From: the human T2T-CHM13v2.0 reference genome, Homo sapiens
Length of the DNA: 64,000 nt
Assembly (NCBI RefSeq): GCF_009914755.1
Contig: NC_060934.1
Direction: 5' to 3' (one strand)
Of this stretch, positions 1 to 13,096 are shown in pieces. Below the pieces are notes generated by a model, which had not been told where the DNA came from, made no database searches, and saw nothing but the letters and a program-made list of their open reading frames with translations. Both the position numbers and the translations under genes were made by a program. The stretch's first letter is position 1. Each line of letters starts with the position of its first letter.

Positions 1-1908
1 CTTTATGTGGATTCAAGTTTTTGACATATTATTTTTCTTCTCTCTAAAGAAGTTTATTTAATTCTTCTTCAGTGTAGATCTGCTGCCAATAAATTCGGTC
101 AGGATTTGTTTTTCTCAGAATTTACTTGTTCAATCTTCACTTTTGGAGAATAATTTTCTTGAATATAGAATTCTAAGTTTTTTTGCTTTTAACACTTCAA
201 ATATTTTACTCTATTCTGTTAGCAGTTTCTGATGAAAAGTCTGCTATAATTCTTAGATTTGTTCCTCTATAAGTAAGACACTTTTCTTCTTCTAGCTTCA
301 TTTAAAAAATCTTCCCTGTCTTTAGTTTTGCAGTTTGAATATGATAAGCCTAAGTGTAGATATTTTGTTATTTATCCCAGTTGGTATTCTCTGAGCTTCT
401 TGGATCTGTGGTTTGGTTTCTGTCACTTAGTTTGGAAAGTTCTCAGCCATTATTTCTTCCTGGTTTTTGTTTGTTTGTTTTTTTGCTTTTTCCTCTTTTT
501 CTTTCCCTTCCATCATTCTAGTTACATATAGGTTACATTCTGTATAATGGTCTCACAATTCTTAGATGTTCTGTTTTCTTTTCTTTCTTTTTTCTTTTCC
601 TACTCTTTTCTCTCATTGCATTTATGTTTTGGAAGTTTCTAGTAAACTTATCATTAAGTTCTGTGATTTTTTTCCTACCATATCCAGTCATATAGTGAAA
701 TCATTTAAGACAGTTTTAAATTTACAATATAGTATATTTTATTTCTAGGATTCACATTTCATCTTTTCTTAAACCTTCCATTACTCTGTTTATACTATCC
801 ATCTGTCCTATATGTTGTCTTCTTTTTTATTAGAGCCCATAGGATAGTAATCATAATTATTCTAAATTCTCTATCTGATTATTTCAATAATCTGTGTCAG
901 ATCTGAGTTTGGTTCTGATGCTTGCTTTTTCTTGACTTTCAGCATGCTTTCCAAATTTTGGTTGAAAGCCAGATATATTAGGTAATAGAAACGGAGATAA
1001 ATAGGCTGTTAGTAAGAGGCCTTATATTAATCTGTTTTAGAGTTGGATTATGTTTAGTGCTTCCTGTATCTGTAGGCACTAGAGCATTCAAATTCCCCTA
1101 GTGTCCTTGCTACTGTCTCCCCTGGTATCTTTAAGCTTCCTTAATAACTTTCTTTACATAATTTGTACCTGGCAACTCTTCAGTTACAATCAACCTTTAT
1201 TAGACTGGAGCCTTGTGTGGCGGTTGCAAAGTGGATAGTGAGAAAGTGTTTTATAACCTTGTAATTTAAACACAGTCTTTAGTGTGCTTGTGTTTTTGGG
1301 CTGTAACCTTTGTAAGTGTATTTCCCCTGTCGCCTCTTAGGTGCCACAGGAAGGCTGGAGTTGGGTAAATGTCCTTCCTTCTGGTAGGGTAAGATCTGTG
1401 AAGTCTTTTCCCCTGCAAAGTAGGCCTGTGTTGTGGAGAATGCTTTGGGCTTATTTAACTATGGTTACTCACTCTTCTCCTCATCCTTCCAGATCCAGGA
1501 GGGTATCTTCTTCAGATTTTCAAGGTGAGAATCTGGTGGTATTCCTTGAGGTAAAACCCACAAAATCATGGGCCCTCTCCTAGGAGTATAGTCCCCAAGG
1601 AGTTTCTCACTCTCTTATTTGTTCATATTCAGCATCCAGCAATTCATTGAAACTAACATGTAAGTGTTTGTAACGTGGAGTTATGGCTTCAGCAGCTTCT
1701 TCTCAAGGTACATAGATCTAAACTGTGTCTCTCTTGGTAAGCCTATCTCTCCAGATTTTAGGGTAGTCATCTGCCCTAAAACCTTAGTTCTCAGATGAGT
1801 CTAAGATAAAAAATCACTGGTTTTCAGTTTGCCCAGCTTTTTTCTTCCAAGTGTGGGAATGACAAGTTCTAAGCTCCCTGAAAGTCAGAGATAAAATCAG
1901 AAGTCTTC
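1..1908 (-). mobile_element. Old mammalian LINE-1 (L1M-type) 5'UTR/ORF1 relic, truncated by the window edge
   Basis: T-rich antisense L1M ORF1-like text (e.g. ttcttgaatatagaattctaag, gtttctgatgaaaagtctgct) ending at cagaagtctt (~1899-1908), which resembles the reverse complement of an L1M 5' start. No intact ORF. Confidence 0.6.
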
Positions 1909-1921
1909 AATAAAAAATACG

Positions 1922-4665
1922 TATTTTTTAACATTTAAGTTCAGGGGACATGTGCAGGTTTGTTACATAGGTGAACTTGTGTCATGGGGTTTGTTGTACA
2001 GATTATTTCATCACCTAGGTATTAAGCCTAGTACCCATTAGTTATTTTTCCTGGTTCTCTCCTTCTTACCATCCTCCATCCCATGATAGGCCCCTGTGTG
2101 TCTTGTTCCACTTTATGTGTCTATGTGTTCTCATCATTTAGTTCCCACTTATAAGTGAGAACATGCAGTGTTTGGTTTTCTGCTACTGCATTAGTTTGCT
2201 AAGGATAATGACCTCCAGCTCTGTCCATGTTCTTGTAAAGGACATAATCCCATTCTTTTTAGGACTGCATAGTATTCCGTGATATACATTTACCACATTT
2301 TTTGTATGCAGTCTATAATTGATGGGCATTTAGATTGATTCCATATGTCTTTGCTATTGTGAATAGTGCTGCAATGAATATACACATGCATGTGTCTTTA
2401 TAATAAAACAACTTATATTCTTTTGGGTATATACTCAGTAATGGGATTGCTTGGTCAAATGGTATTTCTGTCTTTGGGTCTTTGAGGAATCACCACACTG
2501 TCTTCAGCAATTATTGAACTAATTTACACTACCACTAACAGTGTATAAGTTTTCCTTTTTCTCCACAACCTTGCCAGCATCTGTTATTTATTGACTTTTA
2601 AGTAATAGTCATTTTGACTGATGTGACATGGTATTCATTTGTGTTTCTCTAATGATCAGTGATGTTGAGTTTTTTTTCAAATAATTGTTGGCTGCATAGT
2701 ATGTTTCCTGGTGAAAAGTGTCTGTTCATGTCCTTTGCCCACTTTTTAATGAGGTTGTTTGTTTTTATTCCTTACAAATTTATTTCAGTTCATTGTAGAT
2801 TCTGGATATTAGCCCTTTGTCAGATGAGTAGATTGCAAAAATTTTCTCCCATTCTGTAGATTGTCTGTTTACTATGTTGATAGTTTCTTTTGCTGTGCAG
2901 AAGCTCTTTAGTTTAATTAGATACCATTTGTCAAGTTTTGCTTTTGTTGCAATTGCTTTTGGCATCTTCATCATGAAATCTTTGCCTGCGCCTATGTATT
3001 GAATGATATTGTCAAGTTGTCTTCTAGGGTTTTTATAGTTTTGGGTTTTACATTTAAGTCTTTAATCCACCTTTAGTTAATTTTTTTATAATTTGTTTAA
3101 GGAAGGAGTCCAATTTCAATCTTGTGCATATGGCTAGCCAGTTATCCCGGCATCATTTATTGAATAGGAAATCATTTTCCCATTGCTTGTTTTAGTTGGG
3201 TTTGTTGAAGATCACATAGTTGTAGGTGTGTGGCCTTATTTCTGGATTCTGTATTATGTTTCATTGGCCTATGTGTCTGTTTTTTGTACCAGTACCATGC
3301 TGTTTTGGTTACTGTAGCTCTGTAGTATAATTTGTAGTCAGCTAGTGTGATGCCTCCAGCTTTGTTTTTTTTGCTTAGGATTGCTTTGGCTATTTGGGCT
3401 CTTTTTAAGTTCCATTTGAATTTTAAAATAGTTTTTCCTAGTTCATTGATGAACATCAATAGTTTAATAGGTATAGCATTGAATCTATAAATTTCTTTGG
3501 GCAGTATGGACATTTTAATGACGTTAATTCTTCCTATTCGTGGGCATGGAATGTTTTTCCGTTTGTTTCATCTCTGATTTCTTTGAGCAGTGCTTTGTAG
3601 TTCTCCTTGTACAGATCTTTCACCTCCCTAGTTAGCTGTATTCCTAGGTATTTTCTTCTTTTTGTGGCAATTGTGAATGGGATTGCGTTACTGATTCAGC
3701 TCTCAGCTTGACTGTTGGTAGTGTATAGGAATGCTAGTGATTTTTGCACACTGATTTTGTATCTTGAGACTTTGCTGAAGTTATCAGCTTTAAGGGGCTT
3801 TTGCCTGAAACTATGGAGTTTTCTAGATATAGGATCATGTCATCTGCAAACAGGGACAGCTTGACTTTCTCTCTTCTTATCTGGATGCTCTTTATTTCTT
3901 TCTCTTGTCTGATTGCCCTGGCCAGGATTTCCAATACTATGTTGAATAAGAGGAGTGAGAGAGGGTATTCTTGTCTTGTGTCAGTTTTCAAGAGGACTTT
4001 TTCCAGCTTTTGTCCACTCTGTAGGATGTTGGCTGTGAGTTAGTCATAGATGGCTCTTATTATTTCGAGGTATGTTCCTTCAATACCTACTTTATTGAGA
4101 GTTTTTTTTAAACAGGAATGTATGCTGAATTTTATTGAAAAACTTTTCTGTATCTATTGAGATAGTCATGTGGTTTTTGTCTTTAGTTCTGTTTATATGA
4201 TGAATCACATTTATTGACTTGTTTATGTTGAACAAACCTGCATCTTAGGGATAAAGCCTACTCTATCATGGTGGATTAGCTTTTTCATATACTGCTGGAT
4301 TCAGTTTACCAGTGTTTTTTGAGAATTTTTGCATCACTGTTAATCAAGGATATTGGCCTGAAGTTTTCTTTTTTATTGTATATCTGCCAGGTTTTGGTAT
4401 CAGGATGATGCTGGCTTCACAGAATGAGTTAGGGGGGTGTCCCTCCTCCTCAATTTTTTGGAATAGTTTAAGTAGGAATGGTACCAGCTGTTCTTTGTGC
4501 ATCTCTTGTGTCACTGCATGTGAGATGGGTCTTTTGAAGACAGCATACTGATGGGTCTTGGTTCTTTATCCAGCTTTCCACTCTGTGTCTTTTAATTGGG
4601 ATATTTAGCCTATTTACATTTAAGGCTAGTATTCGTATGTTTGGATTTGAACCAGTCATCATGAT
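1922..4665 (-). mobile_element. Primate L1 (older L1PA, about L1PA11-13): 3'UTR plus ORF2 remnants, with a large internal deletion
   Basis: L1PA 3'UTR (ttaagttcagggg...catgtgcaggtttgttacataggt...) and frameshifted ORF2 pieces ([45 protein letters not shown]). At ~4500 the ORF2 N-terminus is joined directly to mid-ORF2. No TSD found. Confidence 0.92.
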
Positions 4666-6189
4666 AAGCCATTGTTATAGACTGTCTAAAAGTCAGATAA
4701 ATAAAGCATCATTATGTTACATAATCAAAATAATGCCCCTGGAAGTCAGCTGAGGTGCCTCAAAGATATAATGGAATCATATAGGAAGAATGTTCTCTGA
4801 GAGCTGATGGAATTTGACCATGATCACACTTATATTGAGCACTAAATGGCTAGCCTGATGTCACTTAAGAGATTCTTATAATTTTCAATTCCACCTAGTA
4901 CACCATATACAAAACTACTACCTCCACACTTTTTTCTGTGTTGGAATCTAGTCCTATTAGATGTATTATTCACTGTTAAAAATTATTACATTGTGCCAAG
5001 TACCTGAGGCAGATTTGGATTCTGACATTGCTCTTTCATAAGGCTCATAAGCATCATTGTCTGTGCTTTGAATAAGTACAAAATCCAAACTTCATATTAG
5101 AAAGAAAGGGGTATTCTGATTTGGATGAAGTCTGAGTCACGTTGAGTTTTGGGTAAAGGTGTATTACATGTAATTAATGGCCCAACTTAGCACCCAGAAC
5201 AGGCCCTCTTTAGAAAGTCCAGAGATATCATGCACACTATGAATATAAGACTGTAAAATGAGGATTTGGTTCAATTTTTCTTCTGTTTTATTGGACTAGG
5301 GCTGCCACTGTCTTAAATGATTCTTCCTCTTATAATTGTTACTAGGACATTGCAAAGATTCTTGAGCATGTCTGCACTGTCAGAAATGGAGCCCTCATCT
5401 GCCCTCTCCTCTAATGTTCCTGCTACCTACGTGATGAAAGAAAATTATACCCTGCCACATACATTTCTCCTCTCCAATTTCTAGTTCTTATACATAATTG
5501 AGACAGGGGAATGGATCTCCTCTGAAGCACTTCTAATTTGTAGGTATAGGAAGAGGGCCCCAATGACAATTTTTTTCCTTGATGTACTTTTTGAGAATTA
5601 GGGACTCACCTTCCTCAAATTAAGACCCTTATTCAAAGAGCAAGGTCATTGCTTACTGGGAAGAATTCAATCACCCAGTTACATCTGGTGAAATAATTTT
5701 ACGAGCGAGACAAAGTGGCAGCAGAGGTCAGGGGACTTCAGTCATACAAGTAGAGATACCTGCAGGATGTCAACCCCTGATTATGCCAGTAAAGGCGTAT
5801 GCTCTACATTTAGCTGTTTGCCCTATCATTTTTTCTAACCTATAATTATGTTACCAGGAGCAATCTCATCCTGGCAATAAATTTCTATGGTGAAACACGC
5901 TACTCTTGGGAGCACCATTTATAAATTGTCTCCTCCTGTTTGACTCCATGAACCACGTACTTAACCTGCAAGTGATCGGGAGTATGTATTTAATTATAAC
6001 TTGCCTGGTGTGCATCACTAATTAAGGAACAGGATGAGTTCTCAGTCTAGACTGGAGATTTCTATAAGAAAGATACATTTCACTATGGAGGAGACCTGCT
6101 CTTGATTTGATTTAAAACGAAAAGGAAAAGAAAGAAAAAAAGAAGAAGAATTTTAAAAAATTCATATTTATTGCATATGTGGGTCTTCG

Positions 6190-6375
6190 AAGGTTGCTGA
6201 GAACTTGTTTAATGAATCTGGGTGCTTCTGTGTTGAGTGCATATATATATTTATGGTAGTTAGAGGTTTTTGTTGAATTGAACTCTTTACCATAATGTAA
6301 TGTCCTAGTTTGTCTTTTTTGATCTTTGATGGTTTAAAGTCTGTTTATGTGGTTTAAAGTTGGTTTAAAGTCTGT
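6190..6375 (-). mobile_element. Isolated internal L1 ORF2 endonuclease-domain fragment
   Basis: The reverse complement reads TDFKPSKIKKDKLGHYIMVKSSIQQK...NIYALNTEAPRFIKQVL (one frameshift), matching the L1 ORF2 EN region. No 3'UTR, poly(A) or TSD. Confidence 0.85.
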
Positions 6376-6478
6376 AATATGTGGACAATAATACATACTT
6401 GAGAATATTTTTGTGATGCATCAATATTCTGAAGCATCACAAAAATATTCTCAAGTATGTATTATTGTCCACATATTA
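6375..6478. repeat. Perfect 45-bp inverted repeat with 14-nt spacer (hairpin/cruciform)
   Basis: 6375-6419 taatatgtggacaataatacatacttgagaatatttttgtgatgc is the exact reverse complement of 6434-6478. The spacer is atcaatattctgaa. Confidence 0.97.
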
Positions 6479-6569
6479 AAGATTTAAAAAATGAGCCAAA
6501 CAAAAGTCGTAAGTATATCAATGATAAGACCAACGTAATTAGAAAGACGCTAATTATTATGTCACCATC

Positions 6570-6900
6570 TCAAAGTGCTCCTCTGAATGTGAGATTCGTA
6601 TATCTGATGCCTATGACATACTCATTTGGGTAGCTAATAGACGTCTCATATTCAGTAGATGTAAACTAAAATTCAGATTTTTCTTCAAAACCTGCTTTCT
6701 TTTATCTTTCACTGTCTCACATATTGGCAATGACATTTTTCTACTTCCTCAGGAAAATATAATTTTAGATTTATCCTTAATCCTTTATCTCAGAATTTAA
6801 AGCCAATTTACCAATGTCTCTTTTGGGTCCTTCCTCCAAAACATAAATTCTAAATATTCTTTCCAATTACTCCTGAGTGATCTATTTGTAGCCAGGACCC
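6570..6900 (+). mobile_element. Degenerate L2 fragment
   Basis: L2-like phrases (gtatatctgatgcctatgacat...ctaatagacgtctca...aaacctgct...ggcaatgacatt). Boundaries approximate. Confidence 0.45.
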
Positions 6901-7244
6901 TGGTTCACACAACTTCATACATTCATATAATAAAATTGACAATTCTGAATATTTCAGGGGTCATGGAGAAAAAAATGCAAAATTTAAAAATATTTAGAAT
7001 TTAATAAAATTAAAATAACCTCAATTTTTCATTTTTCTTATATTTGAACATTTCTAATATTAAACTTGCCAACAGCCATACAGTCTTCTATAAAAGACAG
7101 TGACTGTTGTATGTTTTCCCCAACATTCTACAGTTCCTTCTCTTATTTATAATTTATATGTCTCCTTGATTTAAAATTTCATCCAATACCTCCAGAGATT
7201 TGATAGTTTTTCAGGCTTTAGTTGCATACTTATCTACTTATCTT

Positions 7245-7480
7245 GCATTAGTCAATTGTCTGAATGCATTTCAGGAGCAAAAGTAATACAGTTTCTTCTG
7301 CTAGTGGGCAGCTTCCTTTCTTATTTGCTGTTAAGTCTTTGCTTGCTGCTCTGGAAGAGGAACATATGAGAGTGTTGTCAATCTTCCAATGAGGAATATT
7401 TGCTTTAACAATGTCCAATGTATAAACTAATGCTGTATTTCTATGCCTTTCTGAGTACATGACATATTTTCATTATGACT
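7245..7480 (-). mobile_element. hAT-Charlie/Buster-type transposase relic
   Basis: Translation ...ASKDLTANKKGSCPLAEETVLLLLLKCIQTI resembles the recalled Charlie/Buster motif (SY..A..IAK..KPHT.AE..ILPA..D.V.TI). Highly diverged. Confidence 0.4.
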
Positions 7481-8044
7481 TAAAATCATGTTAATCCATT
7501 TAGAAGCCATTTTAAACAACAGTTTAACTTTGCGTGTGTAACATTAACAATGCACATAGTTAAACTGATATGATGATAGCATGAAGAGCTACGTCCAAGC
7601 TGAGCTTAAGCTCAGTGACTATTACATAATGGCTTTTTCCTGGATAAAAGCAATTATGAGGCTTACTAAAATTTCAGAAACTTTGATATGTGAAAAACAT
7701 TTTAATCTTATACTTTCTGAAATATGGTACTTTTTCATTTCTCTCCTTGTTATTTGGAAAGACAAAAATAAATTTTACTGTTGTTTCATTTTCATTAATT
7801 TACAAATCTTTCCTAGCACTAGTAATTTATATCTCTTGTTATTAGAGTCACCCAACTGATAATGCCTTTAATTTTGTTTTCTTTGTGGCAAAATCTATGT
7901 GTTATTTTATGCATGAAGTATATGTTTCTTGTCCCCCATATTTAGATAATAGGTGTTTTAAATGTATAATTGTGGATGTTTAAATTTCACTGCAATGTAT
8001 CTCAGTCTTGGTTTTTTTCTTAATTATGCTGTTTGGCATTCCGA

Positions 8045-10310
8045 ATAAGGATAATCATATAATTTATCTTCCACAACAGGGCACTTTAGGAATAAGAGGG
8101 AGTATGAAAACAATTTAGATTATTTAGTTTCTTGAAATGTATATTTATTAAATGGCAAACTAGTCTTTACTCTGTGTTAGTGGAATTCTCTATTCCTATT
8201 CAAAAGCTATCTTTAAGAATAAAATCCTTTATAAATTAAAGCAACATTTTAAAGATTTTTTTATATTGATTAAATAAAAATAAAAATAACAGGTAGATGC
8301 ACACCTACAACCATCTGATCTTTGAAAAAGCTGACGAAAGCAAGCAATGGGGAAAGGATGCCATATTTAATAAATGGTGCTGGGATAATTGGCTAGACAT
8401 ATGCAGAAGATTGAAACAAGACCCTTTCCTTATACCATTTACAAAAATCAACTCAAGATGCATTAAAGACTTAAATGTAAGACCCCAAACTATAAAAATC
8501 CTGGAAGACAAACTAGGCAATACCATTCTGGACACAGGAACGGGAGAAGATTTCATGATGAAGATGCCAAAAGCAATCACAACAAAAGCAAAAACTGACA
8601 AATGGCATGTAAGTAAACAAAAGAGGTTCTGCACAGCAAAAGAAACTATCAACAGAGTAAACAGACAACCTTTTAACTATCAACAGAGTAAACAGACAAC
8701 CTACAGAATTGAAACTATCAACAGGGTAAACAGACAACTTACAGAATTGAAGAAAATATTTGCAAATAATGCATCTGACAGAGGTCTAATATCCAGTGTC
8801 TATAGGAACTTAAATAAACTTACAATTAAAAAAAATTTTTTTTAAAAGTCAGCAAAGAACATGAGCAGACATTTTCAAAAGGACACCTTTACTTATGTAA
8901 CAAACAAGCATATATACCCCTGAACTTGAAATAAAAGTTAGTGAAAATTAAAAATTAAAAAAACTTTGAATAATGCATATCATGTACTTTATGATGTATC
9001 CATCTTTAATATTATGTTAATTATATGTTGTGAAAAATACCTAACTGTAATAATTATTATTAAATTTTAAATAAATTTTCTGAAATCTTTGAGGTTTTAC
9101 TTTATTGTTAATGAATGTAAAATTGTCAGCACCTTTAATGACAACCTGTCTGAAGTTTATTTGAATTGAGAAAACATCCTACATAGATGCTGAGAAATCT
9201 TGTAAGTTCAAATGAAATTCTTTAAGCAAAAAAAATTTTTAATTTTATTTTCTTATGTAAATGTAAAACATTTCCCTACGTATTTTGAAAGGCAATTACT
9301 TTCTTCCTCCATTCAGAGTTGCTTTCTTCAACAATCTCAATAATTACAGTGTTGATATAAATTATTATTTTGAATATTTCATCAAATGTAAATGCATGCA
9401 AAATTGTGGCACTTCTCAATTCATTTAAATATGATACAAAATAAAAATTAATCCAGTTAAAATAGAAATGCAATAAAAATTTTAAGTTAATATAATATTT
9501 AATGATAGAATTTCAAAACCTTATGAACTGTTTGAGCTTTCGTTGTTCCACATGTTCATTTTCTCCTTTGTGTTTTAAGGGAGATACATTGTAGTTTGCC
9601 AGCTATATTTCCAACAATTATTTTCAGTATTTTTTGAATAACATTTTCAATAGAATTAAAGGAAATTGCTATCAAAGTGTAGCTGGCTCACCAAAAAAGT
9701 TAGTACCAATTTAAGAAACTTAGTTTGATTTACAAAGTAGATTTTTAAAGCTTCTAACAATTTTAACATCCCAAGGATAATAGGCAGCAAAGACAGAAAT
9801 CATGTACTAAACTGCTCACATATGTTTGTGTATTCAAATTTGTATCATCATAAAAGTTTTACAGTTATTCTAAATGTGTCTATGTAGAATACATGTAAAT
9901 TTCTACAATTATAACTCCTATTTGGATTGGTACAAGTCTGAAGCTTGTTTGGATGAAATTATGAATTATATGTGTACCATAGCCAATTCCAAATATGTTT
10001 TCAATCCAAAAGTTTCTTAATTAGGTAAGAGCTTTGTTTGTACCATAATATTGTGCTGCACCAAGATTTGTATTTACATCATCAACACAAACCAACCACC
10101 TTGTCTTCAGTGAAGGACTTTTTAACCTGCGTTTTTAATAATATAAACAATGATGTCAGATGTTTCATATTCAACAGAATAAAATTCTCATCTTTCCTGT
10201 AATACCATATACTGAATAAGAAAATCAAGCTGCCATTAGAATTAACAAATTTTCTATTTGAAGCAACTGCTGGCAGTGCTATAAAACTGGTACCATTATT
10301 CCCCAATTCT
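8045..10310 (-). mobile_element. hAT-Tip100 (Zaphod-like) DNA transposon relic, interrupted by L1 at 8296-8965
   Basis: MER91/Zaphod-like terminus near 8045 (taaggataatcatataatttatcttcca). Decayed minus-strand transposase motifs: SFIALPAVASNRK (DASN-like), CVDDVNTNLGAA (GDNTNTNFGG-like) and GIGYGTHIIHNFIQTS (CxxH-like). Confidence 0.65.
8296..8965 (+). mobile_element. 5'-truncated older L1PA/PB fragment with internal deletion and local triplication
   Basis: ORF2 C-terminal translation ([10 protein letters not shown]...FNKWCWDNW...[15 protein letters not shown]) jumps at ~8885 to the extreme 3'UTR (ttatgtaacaaac...cccctgaacttgaaataaaagtt) and an A-rich tail. Confidence 0.9.
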
Positions 10311-10927
10311 CATTCTGCTAATGGAACCAACTCCCAAGAGCCACTCCTGTTTATTGGCATCTTATTAGTAACTCACCATTTGGGAATCTCCTTTACTCTC
10401 TATAGATAATCTATTTAAATCGTGGTTTATTAGCCCTTAAAATGCAGGTAGGAGGGACAAGTAGAGGGTGTGCTCCAGCAGTCTATTCATCTGCCTGTTT
10501 CTGCTGTAATGATGATAGAGGGCATCCCTGTCTTAAGTTGATTCTAGTAGGAATTCATGAAATATTTTACTATTAAAAACGTTATTGATTATTGGCATGA
10601 GTTCTATGTCTTTTATTATTTTACAAAAATACTTCTCTTGCTATCTCACTAAGCATTATTTTTCTCTTCATATGGACATTGAATTTCACGAAAATCTTAT
10701 CAGAATAACATGGATATGATAGAGTATTTTTCTTGGCTCTTGTGCTGGTTAGCTTGTATAAAAAAAAGATGCCTGTGATTATCACAAGCTCCCCCCCACC
10801 GCCTCCTCCCTCACCCCCACCCCCTCCTCCACCCCCTCATTATGGATCCCTCTTTACAATGTAACTTTGTAGAGCACAAGAAAGACAATCTTAACACCAT
10901 TCTGCAGCCAAGCAATCCTCCAACATG

Positions 10928-11414
10928 TGTCCAGGAGGAAATATAATTTCTCTTCAACCCTCATAAATTTGCAGTTGGGACAGACCCCTGTAACAAAAGA
11001 CATATTAACAAGAGAAAAACAGATACATTTATTAATGTGTGCAGTGCACATCACATAGGAGAAACCTCAAAGGAGGGTAACTCAAAACAGTGACTGAGAA
11101 ACTTGGCTTGTGTAGCACTGTCAACAAAGAACAATAAATGAATGGAGAAATGACAGGACAAAGAAAAGCAGCTTGGGGCCTCCCAAAGCAGGAAACTGTG
11201 GAAGGTAAATGCTTGGGAAGAAACTAATGGGGTAAGATTTGTTTGTAGATTCCTCTGGTGCCATCTCTGAGCTGATGAGTTTTCTACAGTACGGGAAAAT
11301 TTATATTCTGTCTTCAGGCAGAAAAGGGGGAAGGCTTCTTAATTGCCTTTAGCTCAAAAGTAATTTTTATGTCAATAAGACATATTTTAGGGTGACATTT
11401 TCTGGTTTCCTTCA
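10928..11414 (-). mobile_element. Solo ERV1 LTR, MER34/MER4-group-like
   Basis: TG...CA ends. The minus strand begins TGAAGGAAACCAGAAAATGTCACCCTAAAATATG. Flanks CATG/TATG fit a 4-bp TSD. Confidence 0.75.
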
Positions 11415-13096
11415 TATGCAGGAAAGCTTCAATAAGTTCAGCAGTGCCACCTCCCCTACTTTCCACGGACCTGTTAACTCTTGAGCAATAATAAGTGTGT
11501 ATTATATTTGAAAAACAAAGTTTGGGAGTTTCTGTAAGACAGTAAAAGCTAAATAATACAGAAAAATTGACCAGATTTGCTACAGGTGCATGTACATGTG
11601 TGAATAGGTGTATGCTGCACACACACAAAAAAATCTAAAAATATGCACAGCAAATTGATATTGATGGTTATTACAGGAAAATATATGGATGTTTTAAATT
11701 TGTATGTAGTCAAGTCTGTCAATATCTTCATGGGCCACGTATTTTTTAATGTAATGCTTATTTCTTTCTGAGATTGGGATTACATTAATAATTTTAGGTT
11801 ATTTAACCCATAACAGTGATTAGATATATTAATAGGATACTCAGTATCAAACCATATGTGCATTCTCTGAATCAACCATATTTGTCATTATTCTTTAAAC
11901 AAAATGCTGGATAATATTTGATATTGTATTATTTAGAATTTTGTATCTTGATATAAAAGAAAACTGGTCTTGTATCTTCTAACTTTGCCCTATCTTCATC
12001 CCATTTACAATTTTAGTGTTTTTTTGAAAGGAATTTGGAAATGCTGTATCTTTATCTATTTTATGTCTGTTTACTCATTCCTTCTTAGAGCATTTATATT
12101 TCTTGTTTTTGTTTGTTTGTTTAAAACAGTTGCCATAGATCTATTTTATTCAGTTTTGCAAATGAGTAGTAATTACATTTATCTATAACTTTTACTATGT
12201 TTTTCTTGAATGATATTCTGCATCCAAATTGTATTCTTTCTTCCTGTTTACTTTGTTAGGCCAATCTTATTGTTCTCAGATTCATGAGGGTGCACTGCAA
12301 TTTTGAGTTCAGAGAGAAGTTGAGAGTAGAAAAGCCTAAAATTTGGAGCAGAATTAGTACTTTAAAATCTTCCTGAACATAAGACATTAGATGACCCAGG
12401 AAGATGTAATTAGAATTCCTCGTAATTTAAGCAGATGGTATTGTGTAGAAGTAATATTCTGGGGTAGTTATTAACACCAAGAACAGCTATATATTTGTAA
12501 AATGACCAAGTATACTCATTAAACAAATATATATCAAGGGCCTAATATGTTTTAATCTTTAAGGTAGCACCACTGAAAACATTCAAAAGCATATAAGAAA
12601 TAGTCTAATTTTTTTCAAGAAATGTATTTTTAATAAGGAAATTTAAAACTGTATCATCAAAAAATCTATTAATTTGTATTCTATTTATACATAGCTAACA
12701 CTATAGCATGGAATGTATATAAACACACTCTAATAGGAGTTAGCATCTGCATAAGCTAAAGTGTAAACAGTCTGCCTCTGTTTAAATAACAAAGCCTTAA
12801 CATCAGTCACTGATATTTGGGAATGCTGCACGAAGTTTTGATCTCTAAAACTATGCTACTTAGAGGTTGATGGGGTCAGAAGGAATCTTAAGATTCAAGT
12901 ATGCAATTTATTTTGAAGAGAAAAGACTCAGAGGCAGGACATAGGCTTCAAATCAGCAAGATCCATGCCTGCAGAATCAGAGTCAGGGTGGGAGCAAGTG
13001 CTCCAAGCAGGTAGAAAGTGAGTGATTCATCACCAAGGTCATGCTGTCTGTCATGTTGTGACTTTTATGCTGGGTTTTACTGAATCAACAATGGAG

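Noticed and set aside
7600-7615. Perfect 16-bp palindrome CTGAGCTTAAGCTCAG
   Set aside because: About one is expected by chance in 64 kb.
10790-10840. C-rich tract with G4 potential on the minus strand
   Set aside because: Ordinary low-complexity tract with no promoter context.
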